Source of the DNA: Dehalococcoidia bacterium
GTDB taxonomy: Bacteria > Chloroflexota > Dehalococcoidia > Plut-88900
DNA: 64,000 nucleotides
Direction of reading: 5' to 3'
NCBI GenBank assembly: GCA_965197675.1
Contig: OZ240221.1
Coordinates: 2,457,637-2,521,636 of the forward strand
Positions 1 to 8,757 of this stretch are shown here, piece by piece. The translations under genes and the position numbers were made by a program. The notes beneath the pieces were generated by a model. That model worked only from the letters and a program-made list of their open reading frames with translations. It did not search any database and had not been told where the DNA came from. How positions within the stretch are numbered: the first letter of the stretch is position 1; every line of letters starts with the position of its first letter.

Positions 1-53
1 CAAATCCTGACTCAGACGGGCGTGTCACAAGCGCGTCGCGAGAGGGTTGGGCA

Positions 54-536
54 ATGTGGTCTGCGTTCACTATGGAGAAACGACAAGAGTTCCGTAAGCG
101 GTGGGATGAACTTGCTGCCTTGAAATGCGATGCCATGTTGGAGAGGGATCTCATCGCTCGACAGATAAACGATAGCGGAGGTTCTCGAGAGGCGCCAGTC
201 TTTGATCTCGGCGTCAGGCGTGGCGAGCGCCTACGCTTTTCCAATGCAGTACAGCGGCGGCGTCTTGCGGCATACCGGGCGATACGACTATCGGAAGTGA
301 CAGGACTGCGCCCGGCTATCGCCGCTAGTATCCTGAAACTCGCGTCAGCTGAGATAGCGAGCACCAGTCCAGAGCTTGCAGTGCGTCTTGTTCTGACTAC
401 CTGCACCTACGAAAACGACGAGACTATCCAGAACGTCTTGTCACGGACTCGAATTGCCCTCATGTCAGTTGACTTAGTGCAGCAACTGGTGACGGAATGC
501 ACCAATCTTGTCGAGTACGGAGTCCGTCGGGGATGA
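54..536 (+). CDS. Hypothetical protein. The reading frame is open back to position 3, so the gene may start upstream of the window.
   Basis: ORF from ATG at 54. No stop codon in frame between position 3 and 54. No recognisable motifs. Confidence 0.4.
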   Translation: MWSAFTMEKRQEFRKRWDELAALKCDAMLERDLIARQINDSGGSREAPVFDLGVRRGERLRFSNAVQRRRLAAYRAIRLSEVTGLRPAIAASILKLASAEIASTSPELAVRLVLTTCTYENDETIQNVLSRTRIALMSVDLVQQLVTECTNLVEYGVRRG

Positions 537-566
537 GTTGAGCGAATACGAGTCGCCATTGAGGTC

Positions 567-2090
567 TTGTCCAGACTTGTTCTGCGACTTGATCTCGACT
601 CGGTACTGGTCGTTTTCGACAAAGCACTGAAGTATTGCCCCAGCAATCAGGACAAGGCTTTGTCTAATGTCTTGGTTTTCTCTTCCCTGTGGAACCTCTT
701 GAGAAGATCATGGGAGGCATTGCCTCTAGATCGCCGGGCTGAGCGAGTTCTTGACATTCTAAGTGCGCCCATTGTTGGCATCGACGGATTCCAAGCACAA
801 TTCGAAAACCGGCGCCCAGACCCCGGGAACTTGCTGCGCGGAGATTCCGAACCGCTGCTACCGGAACGTGCCAACGGCAACGAGGAACGTTGGCAAGCAG
901 TGGTAAAGCTGCTGATACTTAGCTTAGGCGCAGTGGGTGCTGCGCGTGGGAGGGCGGCTAGGAGACTCCTCCCCGTGACGTCACGAAATCTGTTGACTAA
1001 AGAGGAGTTATCCCAAATCGGCAAGGCTCTCTGGGCAAAGGAGCACACTTCTGACGAGGGCCTACCAGAGAACACTGACCTTTATGACTGGACATTTCTT
1101 GTTTTGCCCGAACCGAAACTTGGTCTGGCAGACAAACGTTTTCGGCTCAAGTGGCTATCTGTAGATCCCGCCAAACTCCAACACAGCGCCTCCAGTGCCG
1201 GGGGAATCACTACAGTGAGTTTTCCGTACGAACCTGCTGATCCGGCCAGACTCGAAGATACGCTCTGCAACGTGGGGAATGCCTTCTCCATTTCAAGGGA
1301 CCGTGGGGGTGCATTCGGACTTAGTAGTCAAGAACGCAAACACATCCTGGATCTTGTTTCCCTTTGGGCCAAGGCCGATGTCCCGTCGTACTCCTTCCAA
1401 CTTATGCAGGGTATGGCACGGAAACCCACATTCCTGGCCCTCGAAGGACTGGTGTTGATCCTGGCTGAGGCAGAGGTTCCTGAATCGGTTGGCGAAGACC
1501 TATTCGGGAAACTCAAGAAACTGACCGAGTCGGGTATTCCAGGTTTTGGACTTATACATGGGTTAGTCAAGACAATCCCAGACCGCTTTGACGAACTCCA
1601 GACTTGGCTGAGGATGGGATTGGTGTCCGATGATGCTGCTCTAGTTGCGAGCGCTATGTCAGGTTTGCGTTCCTGGCTGAAAGCATCGGTTGATACAGGA
1701 GCATCGCTTCGTCGTCCTCCAGATGACTTGCTGCGTGAGATCGGCTTGATGATCAGTTCCCGCAGGAGTGTCGCACTCCCACAAGCACTTCAGCTTGCCA
1801 GGTGGGTGTTCGATGAAGGAACATCAGCGCATCGGGAGAGGATGCTCCCCTTAGTATTGCAGGGCCTAAGCTATCTCGCCGAGGAACTAAAATACGACCG
1901 TGAACGCGATCCGGAGGGAATCGCTGACATGCCATTGCTGCGATGGCTATGTGTTCAACTCGCACAGTCAATGGCGAAAGGTGGTTTCAGAGACGAACCG
2001 GCTGTTGAACTCTGGTTGAACCTCGGCAAGGGAGACCCGCTTCCCGAGATTCGATATGCTGTGCCGCCATCGGCTTTTCCCGAAAAGTAG
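567..2090 (+). CDS. Hypothetical protein, 507 aa, no recognisable domain.
   Basis: Long ORF starting 31 bp after the previous ORF on the same strand, likely co-transcribed. No P-loop or other signature seen. Confidence 0.5.
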   Translation: MSRLVLRLDLDSVLVVFDKALKYCPSNQDKALSNVLVFSSLWNLLRRSWEALPLDRRAERVLDILSAPIVGIDGFQAQFENRRPDPGNLLRGDSEPLLPERANGNEERWQAVVKLLILSLGAVGAARGRAARRLLPVTSRNLLTKEELSQIGKALWAKEHTSDEGLPENTDLYDWTFLVLPEPKLGLADKRFRLKWLSVDPAKLQHSASSAGGITTVSFPYEPADPARLEDTLCNVGNAFSISRDRGGAFGLSSQERKHILDLVSLWAKADVPSYSFQLMQGMARKPTFLALEGLVLILAEAEVPESVGEDLFGKLKKLTESGIPGFGLIHGLVKTIPDRFDELQTWLRMGLVSDDAALVASAMSGLRSWLKASVDTGASLRRPPDDLLREIGLMISSRRSVALPQALQLARWVFDEGTSAHRERMLPLVLQGLSYLAEELKYDRERDPEGIADMPLLRWLCVQLAQSMAKGGFRDEPAVELWLNLGKGDPLPEIRYAVPPSAFPEK

Positions 2091-2360
2091 CCCACCTGCG
2101 TGGAATCGAACCCTGTGCAACTTCTCTGAATACGTTAGTATTACAAGTAGCCATGTGAGGGGCGTTGCCCCAAAGGTTTCACTTAGTCTCTATCTGGTAT
2201 TCCTCTGCCGAAAAATCACAACTTTACAACCAAATCAAAACTTCTGTGTACAGTCTCCTTTGGCCGACCAACATGCACTAGAACCGATCATTTGTGCGGA
2301 TGTGGTGGTAACAAATGTGGGACATTATGGTCATAACCCACTAATTTATAGGGGAGTAAT

Positions 2361-2379
2361 AATCCCACCCTCTCCGCCA
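2361..2379 (+). repeat. 19-bp exact direct copy of the 3' end of tRNA-Ser (AATCCCACCCTCTCCGCCA). Att-site-like remnant.
   Basis: Identical to 8573..8591, the T-arm 3' half plus acceptor 3' strand plus CCA of the tRNA-Ser at 8502..8591. Confidence 0.7.
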
Positions 2380-2564
2380 GCGATGAATTCTTCGTCGTGA
2401 AGAGGCAACGGGGACAAATCGAATTGGATCGCTTATGGAGCACCATTATCGTTTGGAAAAGCGCTGATCCGTTTTGAGGATCGAGAAATCACCCACGCGA
2501 CCCTCGAATCACGGATGGCTTACTCGGCTAATGTGCTGCCATCTGACCTGTATGTAGGTCTTCA

Positions 2565-3452
2565 CTACCCATCTTGGTTTGTCAGAAACTCGTCTCGCCA
2601 CTTTGCGTAAGCGTCTTGGTCGAGAACATCGGCAATCAACTTGGATAGGTCTTCAGTAAAGGCCAACTTCTCCGTATTTTCCCTCTGTCTTTGGCTGTGG
2701 AGGACTTCATAAACTGCCCTAACGGCAGCTCCAAAGGTGGCGTGGCCCTTCTGCTTGATCGCAACACCAAGCGATACTAGATATTCGGTATCTTCAAGCT
2801 CGGGTGAAGCGGTTCCCAAGATTATGGGCAGAGAAGTTGCTGATCGCAGTGCTTCTAACTCTCGTCGAGATTCAACATCCACCAGGAAGATGGCGTCTAC
2901 CCCTGCTGTGGAATAAGCCCTTACTCGCCCTACAGTTGGATCGAGTCCTTCCGCTCCAAGCGCATCTGTCCTTCCGACGATTACCAACGAAGGATCGGTC
3001 CGTGCGCTCACCGCCGCTCTCAGTTTGCCGACCATTTCCGGGATTGAAATGAACTTCTTGACCTGGGGCGCTCCAAAACGTGCTGGGAGATCCGTGTCCT
3101 CTATAGTCAGCGCCGACACACCCGAGGCTTCCAAATCTCTCACAGTGCGCATTACGTTGAGGGCGTTACCATAACCGTGGTCTGCGTCCACCATCAGGCT
3201 TAATCGGCTGACTCGAGTTATTCGCTTTACCAGGTCTGCTAGCTCTGTGATCGTGATCAAGGTGATATCGGGAGCTCCCAAAATCACCGCCGAAGCAATC
3301 GAGCCTCCCAACATTCCAATCTCATAGCCCAGAAGATCGGCAATACGAGATGACGTAGGATCAAAAACCGACGCCGGCTGAATACACTCAGGCTGTGCCA
3401 GGCATTGACGAAACCGTTTTCTTGCATCAGTGGTGGACATCTTTGATGACAT
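2565..3452 (-). CDS. PEP mutase/isocitrate lyase superfamily protein (methylisocitrate lyase / carboxyvinyl-carboxyphosphonate phosphorylmutase-like), divergent.
   Basis: MVDADHGYGNALNV, ALTIEDT and GRTDA motifs are typical of the ICL/PEPM fold. The K-R-C-G-H signature is replaced by ARFGAP. Confidence 0.65.
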   Translation of the reverse strand: MSSKMSTTDARKRFRQCLAQPECIQPASVFDPTSSRIADLLGYEIGMLGGSIASAVILGAPDITLITITELADLVKRITRVSRLSLMVDADHGYGNALNVMRTVRDLEASGVSALTIEDTDLPARFGAPQVKKFISIPEMVGKLRAAVSARTDPSLVIVGRTDALGAEGLDPTVGRVRAYSTAGVDAIFLVDVESRRELEALRSATSLPIILGTASPELEDTEYLVSLGVAIKQKGHATFGAAVRAVYEVLHSQRQRENTEKLAFTEDLSKLIADVLDQDAYAKWRDEFLTNQDG

Positions 3453-3490
3453 TTGCTGGACTACTGTTGTTTCCTGGTGGGTGAGCTCAC

Positions 3491-5200
3491 TTAACGACTG
3501 TCACCGGACGAGAACCGCTCCTTGGGTGTTAGCTGAGTATGGGTAACTGCCTCGGGATGCTCGTAGGGAGTAAAAGCCTGTGTGGTTGAGACGGCGTGAG
3601 GGTCGCTTATCACGTTTATTACCGCCGGCTTACCCGATGCGAAGGCGCGCTCCAGGGCGGGGCGTATCTGGTCCGGCTTGTCTACGTACTCGCCATGGGT
3701 CCCCAGCGCTTCACCCAGCTTGTCGTAGCGCTGCTCCGGCCCTATATATACCCATGGTTTGCGGGGTTGTCCCTTCGGTGTTGCAGCCCATCCTCCATTG
3801 ACGTTGACCACGGTAACCACAGGCAACCCGTGCCTAACCGCAGTGTCCAGGTTGATGGCGTTGATGCCGAAGGATCCATCGCCGTGCAGCACCAGGGTCT
3901 TCTTATTGGGTTTGGCCGCTTGTGCACCTATGCCGAAGGGCAGCCCCACCCCCATACACCCGGACCCACCAGAGTTGAGCCTGTGCCCAGGCTCGTAGGT
4001 GGGTATGGCCTGTCTCCCGAAGTTGAGAGTCTCATGGCCGTCCACAACCAGAATGGCATCTTTGGGCAGGAAGTCCCTCACCTCCTTCATCAGCCTCAGG
4101 GGATGTATGGGCACCTGGTCCGAGTTGAGAAGCGGCTCCGACTTCTCGGCATTGGCAGCATCCTTGGCCGCCAGCTTCTGTATCCAGGGTGAGCCCTTCT
4201 TGTTGGAGAACTTCTGCTCCTTGGCCTCCTGGGTCAGCTGTTGGAGCACCATCTTGGCATCCCCCACTATCCCCACATCCACAGGCCTGTTGTGGCCTAT
4301 CTCCTCCCTATCCGTGTTCACCTGTATGAACTTCATCTCCGGGGAGAAGCGAGGCGCCTGCATGTACTGCCACACCCAGTTGTTGCGGGTCCCTATAGAA
4401 ATAGCTACGTCCGCCTCTCTGAAGGCCAGAGACCGGGCAGCCAGGAAGGAGAGGTCGTGGTCTTCGGGAATGACACCTCTGCTCTGAGGTGTGGTGTAGA
4501 AGGGTATGCCAGTGGTCTCAACAAACTCCCGAAGCTCCTTCCACGCCTTGGACCAGAACACCCCTGTGCCGGTCAGCACCACAGGGCGCTCCGCATTCGC
4601 CAGCATCTCTACAGCCCTCTTCACCAGGTCCGGCTCCCCCATGGGCCTGGCATCGGTGCGGGAGTTGCTGGGGTAGTAGACCTCGTCCTCTTCCACCTCC
4701 TGATACAGGATGTCCCCGGGAAGGTCCAGATATACAGGGCCCGGCCGGTTGCCCCAGCACTTGCGGAAGGCCACGCTAACCAACTCCGCCATCCTCCTCG
4801 CAGAGTTGGCCTGACCCACCCACTTGGTGATGGGCTTCATGAGACCCACCTGGTCAACCTCTTGAAAGTCCTCCCAGTGGGTGAGCTGTGCGTTGCTGGA
4901 GCCTCCCAAGGCTATCACCGGACATGCATCTGTCATCGCTGTGACGATGCCCGTTACCAGGTTAGTGGTGCCCGGGCCTGAGCAGGCAGCGCATACGCCC
5001 GCCTCACCCGTTACCCTGCTCCACCCGTGGGCCATCATGGCCGCACCCTGCTCGTGGCGGGCATCGATTAGCCGCATACCCAGCTGTTGACACTCGTGGT
5101 AGAAGTCCTCCATGGGCCCGCCAGACAGAAAGAACATGGTGGACACACCCTCGTTCTTCAGCGCCTTCGCCAGGACCATATTTCCCGTTACCTTTGCCAT
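3491..5200 (-). CDS. Thiamine-pyrophosphate-dependent enzyme, acetolactate-synthase-large-subunit family.
   Basis: N-terminal TPP-pyrimidine domain (GVSTMFFLSGGP...HEQGAAMMAHGW). C-terminal GDGSFG...N TPP-binding motif. 569 aa. Confidence 0.8.
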   Translation of the reverse strand: MAKVTGNMVLAKALKNEGVSTMFFLSGGPMEDFYHECQQLGMRLIDARHEQGAAMMAHGWSRVTGEAGVCAACSGPGTTNLVTGIVTAMTDACPVIALGGSSNAQLTHWEDFQEVDQVGLMKPITKWVGQANSARRMAELVSVAFRKCWGNRPGPVYLDLPGDILYQEVEEDEVYYPSNSRTDARPMGEPDLVKRAVEMLANAERPVVLTGTGVFWSKAWKELREFVETTGIPFYTTPQSRGVIPEDHDLSFLAARSLAFREADVAISIGTRNNWVWQYMQAPRFSPEMKFIQVNTDREEIGHNRPVDVGIVGDAKMVLQQLTQEAKEQKFSNKKGSPWIQKLAAKDAANAEKSEPLLNSDQVPIHPLRLMKEVRDFLPKDAILVVDGHETLNFGRQAIPTYEPGHRLNSGGSGCMGVGLPFGIGAQAAKPNKKTLVLHGDGSFGINAINLDTAVRHGLPVVTVVNVNGGWAATPKGQPRKPWVYIGPEQRYDKLGEALGTHGEYVDKPDQIRPALERAFASGKPAVINVISDPHAVSTTQAFTPYEHPEAVTHTQLTPKERFSSGDSR

Positions 5201-5252
5201 GTTACCTCCCTATGTTCACACGCCGCTAAAAGTCTGGAAAATGTTTGCTGAT

Positions 5253-6143
5253 CTAGCGCGCACTCCTGGGCGTCCAGCTATCGACTACAAGCCTTTCTGG
5301 AAGAAGTTGCGGGACCGATCCCGTTGTTGCATATTCGTAGAGAGTTGCGACATAGATGCCTCTCAAAGCTGCCGTAATCAAAATGAGTGCTCCCAGAGCA
5401 GTCACCCCCAATGCTACCGCTATCACCACTCCCGCCGGCTGAGGGATGATGACCCCAACTACAACAACCACCACAACTATGGGAATCGCCAGGATAATCA
5501 CCATAATATCGAATCCGAAATTGCTTACAAGCTGCTCTCCCCACGTCTTCCGTAAGAGGGATGCAGACCGCTTGATAGCCTGAATGGGCCCTATTCCCTC
5601 GGCTACCAGAACAGGGATCACCAGATAAGTGATGACAGACCAGGCAACCTGAGCTACCAGGCCCACGATGAGAAGGACAATCATGGCTGCACCTCCGTGC
5701 TGGGAAAGCCCTCTCCTCGCAAATTTATTTATGGCGTAAAAGATCAACGACACTATAGCCGAGATAGCAGCCCAGCCGATGATTCCCATCAGGTTTCGGT
5801 TCGCGACTTGAAATCCGTCCCTCAGGGTTGGGTCTCCACCCTGTAACCGAATACGAGCAGCGCCGATCAAGGCCGCATTGAAGTAGATGATAATGAAATA
5901 GCTTATGAAGTAGCATATCCCCAATATCACGTAATCCGCAGGGATCATTTCGAACCCCTGATCCGCAGAGTCGGCAACCCTATCTACCAGCCCAGTTGCG
6001 AAGATCAGAGTGAAAGTGAAAATCAGGCTGATAGTCGATAGAAGTGGGAAGAGCATTAGCTCTTTGTCATGTTGCAGTATCCTCCAGCAGACTTTGAACA
6101 GTTCCCAGCTTCTTCCGATTGTAGCGAACATTTGACACCTCAC
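5253..6143 (-). CDS. Hypothetical polytopic membrane protein.
   Basis: Multiple hydrophobic helices and a VVVVVVGVII run. No catalytic motif. Confidence 0.45.
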   Translation of the reverse strand: MRCQMFATIGRSWELFKVCWRILQHDKELMLFPLLSTISLIFTFTLIFATGLVDRVADSADQGFEMIPADYVILGICYFISYFIIIYFNAALIGAARIRLQGGDPTLRDGFQVANRNLMGIIGWAAISAIVSLIFYAINKFARRGLSQHGGAAMIVLLIVGLVAQVAWSVITYLVIPVLVAEGIGPIQAIKRSASLLRKTWGEQLVSNFGFDIMVIILAIPIVVVVVVVGVIIPQPAGVVIAVALGVTALGALILITAALRGIYVATLYEYATTGSVPQLLPERLVVDSWTPRSAR

Positions 6144-6842
6144 TAGGGATCTCTCATTCTACAGGATTTCCTCTATTTTATCAGGAGGTAGAAACTGCAC
6201 ACTCAGGCTCCCACTGGTGGATGGGCATTGGCTGTGTCGGATTGTGGGAATTGATCTGACTCAACGCCACCTGCAAACCGGCTATGAAATTATACACGCG
6301 CCTCATCGGGGCCATACCGCCGTGGAATTGTCCGACCAGACAGCACCGAAAACGTGAAGGCTGCTAATAGAGAAGGTTCATACATTCTATAGTAGGTTTT
6401 ATGTTAAGTTATGCATGCCAGTCAAGTTGACAAGCTGTAATGGGAATCTTATGCTTCCCCTGTTCTCATAGGGTTGGTATTATCGAGGTCCACGGAAGGA
6501 GTCAAGGCGGCATGGTGAGCTTTTCGCCGCACATCAGATTCTCTCCATCGTCAACATTTCGTTCATCCTCTTCACGGTGGTTCTCGGTACTAGCGCCCTT
6601 CAGCACCAACCCAGTAGTCCATCGACCTGTGAAGACCAGGGAGTAACCGTATCTGATCATCCAGTGGCGCCCTTCAGTCAAAAATGAGAGGATTCGAAGC
6701 TCAGACCGTCATAAGTGCCGTACAAGTCGTTTTCAGTAAGGCCGAGGCGCTCCTTAAACGGACTATCTAGAGAATCTTCAGATGCATTTCTGACCCCAGG
6801 GATATATAGATTTAGGCAACAGTATCGGTGTACAGCATGTAG

Positions 6843-8081
6843 TTGAAGCATCAACCGATAAGTATTCCACGCCACCGTTGGCTCATAATCGGGTCTCTGA
6901 CCTGGGTGGGAGCAATCCAACTTACGATCTTCCTCTCCATTGGATTGTTGCTCCCCGACATATCCGAAGAGCTAGGCCTATCTCCCTCGGAACAAGGCTG
7001 GTTAGGCGCATCTGTGCTGCTGGCCAATCTGTTTTTGGCCATCCCGCTCGGCACCTTGCTATCTAGATTCCGGCCCTGGCGAATAGTCATGTTAATGGCG
7101 ATAGGGGCTGGTGTGTTCTCCCTAATGCAGGGTTGGTCCCCGACGATAGCCTGGTTGCTCTTGGGACGCATAGGCGCGGGACTCTGCTTCACTGGCACCA
7201 TAGCCCCAAGAGCATTGCTATTTCAGCAGTGGACTCCTCCGCATCGCCTACCCATCACCAATGGAGTCTGGTTCGCCGGGGTAGATTCAGCTTTGGGGGT
7301 CGCCTTCTTCATGACGCCGTTTCTCCTCGACTGGCTGGGTGGATGGCGGGAGGTGTTTTACCTCTGGGGTGGGATTGCATTAGCGGGCGCCGTGATATGG
7401 CTCATATTCGGTAAGGAGCGATCTACTAGAGAATACCAGGAAAGGATACGCTCACAGACCAGGACTCCACTTGTCGCCTTTCTTCGGTACCCAGAGTTCT
7501 GGGTGCTTGGTATTGGCATGGCGGGGTCCCAGATTGGATACTCCGCCATTCACATCTTCTGGCCCACTTTGGCCGAGAAGAACCTTGGCCTTTCCCTTAC
7601 CACTGCAGGGGCAGCTCTGGGTATATCAGCCATGGGCGCAGGCTTTATCGACTTTTTCGTAAATGCAGTGCCGACGCTAGTACGACGCCAGCCCTTGGTG
7701 CTGGCTATTAGCGGGTTGGCTACGGTTGGGGTATACGTTGGACTGCTCTATTCCGAGTCCGAGGCACTAACTATTCTCTTAGGCCTGGCCGAGGGGATTT
7801 CTCGGGCATATTTCCCAGTTTTGTTCGTAATGATATTTCTGATGCCAAACATCAAGCCACGAGAGGTTAGTGTAGGAATAGCCTTTATCGAGACCTCTAT
7901 TTGGGTTGGATCAGCCATCGGCCCCCTGCTTGTTGGATTCATCCACGAGACGACCGGTGATCTGCGGCTCGGACTCCTGATTGCTTCCTTTTCCCCGATT
8001 AGCCTGTTGGTACCTGCGGTGTTTCTCCAGGTTCGCAGGTGGTCTCCAATGGCTCCGACCAGAGGAGACCCCGCCGACTGA
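6843..8081 (+). CDS. MFS-family transporter.
   Basis: About 12 predicted TM segments in two six-helix halves with a central loop (GKERSTREYQER). Confidence 0.7.
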   Translation: MKHQPISIPRHRWLIIGSLTWVGAIQLTIFLSIGLLLPDISEELGLSPSEQGWLGASVLLANLFLAIPLGTLLSRFRPWRIVMLMAIGAGVFSLMQGWSPTIAWLLLGRIGAGLCFTGTIAPRALLFQQWTPPHRLPITNGVWFAGVDSALGVAFFMTPFLLDWLGGWREVFYLWGGIALAGAVIWLIFGKERSTREYQERIRSQTRTPLVAFLRYPEFWVLGIGMAGSQIGYSAIHIFWPTLAEKNLGLSLTTAGAALGISAMGAGFIDFFVNAVPTLVRRQPLVLAISGLATVGVYVGLLYSESEALTILLGLAEGISRAYFPVLFVMIFLMPNIKPREVSVGIAFIETSIWVGSAIGPLLVGFIHETTGDLRLGLLIASFSPISLLVPAVFLQVRRWSPMAPTRGDPAD

Positions 8082-8165
8082 GTCCAGGCCACATCAGAGC
8101 TTGGCAGTTGTTTTTTTCACGTTGACACCACTGCCGAAATCCCCCACCTACAACACTCCTCTCCT

Positions 8166-8193
8166 GGATTCCCGTGTCAAGCACGGGAATGAC
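8166..8193. repeat. Dispersed hairpin repeat, family A (GGATTCCCGTGTCAAGCACGGGAATGAC).
   Basis: Perfect 9-bp stem ATTCCCGTG/CACGGGAAT with a 5-nt loop. Related copies at 63114..63141 and 63534..63561. Variants at 30270..30296 (inverted) and 63876..63903. Confidence 0.6.
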
Positions 8194-8229
8194 GATATGG
8201 GAGGTGAGGGCACCCTTCGACAAGGTCTG

Positions 8230-8400
8230 GGTGAGCGGAGACGCCTCAACCTTCGCTCATGGTGAGCTTAGAGTTTATCCTGATCCCACCGGGGGAACTA
8301 CATGGGCGGGGCTGATACCCAGTCGGCCCCGCTCATACCCTTATCGAGTAGGGGGCAGGCTCTAACCCTCCTCCCAAGGGAAAAGGAGCCGTGGAATCCA
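8230..8400. repeat. Composite MITE-like dispersed repeat (family C core GGTGAGCGGAGACGCCTCA...CTCATGGTGAGCTTAGAGTTTATCCTGA plus downstream modules).
   Basis: Homologous blocks at 47129..47290 in the same orientation, 30060..30234 inverted, and a partial block at 58358..58415 inverted. Confidence 0.6.
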
Positions 8401-8501
8401 GGGCTGATGAACTGTTTGACATCGATGAGTCCAGAAGAGTAATCTACGAGCAAGTGACTCATTTCGTCCGCCAGGACACCGGAGCATAGGCCATTCTTCT
8501 T

Positions 8502-8591
8502 GGAGAGGTGCTGGAGTGGCCGATCAGGCGCGCCTGGAGAGCGCGTAGGGGGGCAACCCTCTCGTGGGTTCGAATCCCACCCTCTCCGCCA
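8502..8591 (+). tRNA. tRNA-Ser, anticodon GGA, type II with long variable arm, CCA encoded.
   Basis: Acceptor stem GGAGAGG/CCTCTCC. D-stem CTGG/TCAG. Anticodon stem CGCGC/GCGCG with loop CTGGAGA. Long variable arm. T-arm GTGGG-TTCGAAT-CCCAC. Discriminator G followed by CCA. Confidence 0.9.
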
Positions 8592-8757
8592 TTATGCAAT
8601 CCTTTTTCATCTCCTAAATCTCTGGTTTCTAACACAGAGGTTATGCATTCTCGCCATACATGGAAATTATATTATTCATAGCCCCCTATCCAGGCTGGCT
8701 GATACTTACTTTCTGAAGCTATGAAAATGGGGTTGCCCATGAAGAAGCCTAGCTTTA

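Noticed and set aside
2088-2120. GGAATCGAACCC-containing stretch resembling a tRNA T-arm on the minus strand
   Set aside because: The flanking bases do not form a T-stem, acceptor stem or CCA end. No cloverleaf can be drawn. Treated as chance or degenerate remnant, not a tRNA gene.
3596-4981. Long antisense ORFs inside the TPP-enzyme gene (and similarly inside thrC 47737..48438, aroC 53231..54001, alaS 56945..57676, lepA 61379..62101, secA 39797..40426)
   Set aside because: Shadow ORFs typical of GC-rich coding DNA on the opposite strand. Arg/Pro/Gly-rich low-complexity translations. The sense-strand genes have clear homology.
6440-6920. ORFs 6440..6646 (+) and 6678..6920 (-) in the long spacer, and a possible tRNA near 6660..6740
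   Set aside because: The ORFs have low-complexity Ser/Arg-rich translations without SD. The tRNA-like GGATTCGAAGC stretch cannot be folded into a cloverleaf with proper T-arm to CCA spacing.
8174-8365. Small ORFs translating as ...FDKLRVSGDAS... (also 58258..58494, 24866..25105, 47003..47284, 63024..63548)
   Set aside because: They coincide exactly with dispersed repeat units. The peptides recur only because the DNA recurs, and there is no SD or start context. Spurious.
2380-8501. Possibility that the DNA between the 19-bp repeat and the intact tRNA-Ser is itself the integrated island
   Set aside because: The partial repeat lies 5' of the tRNA, whereas tRNA-integrated elements lie 3' of the intact tRNA. 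No integrase or mobility gene is in the interval. The island more plausibly extends leftward out of the window.
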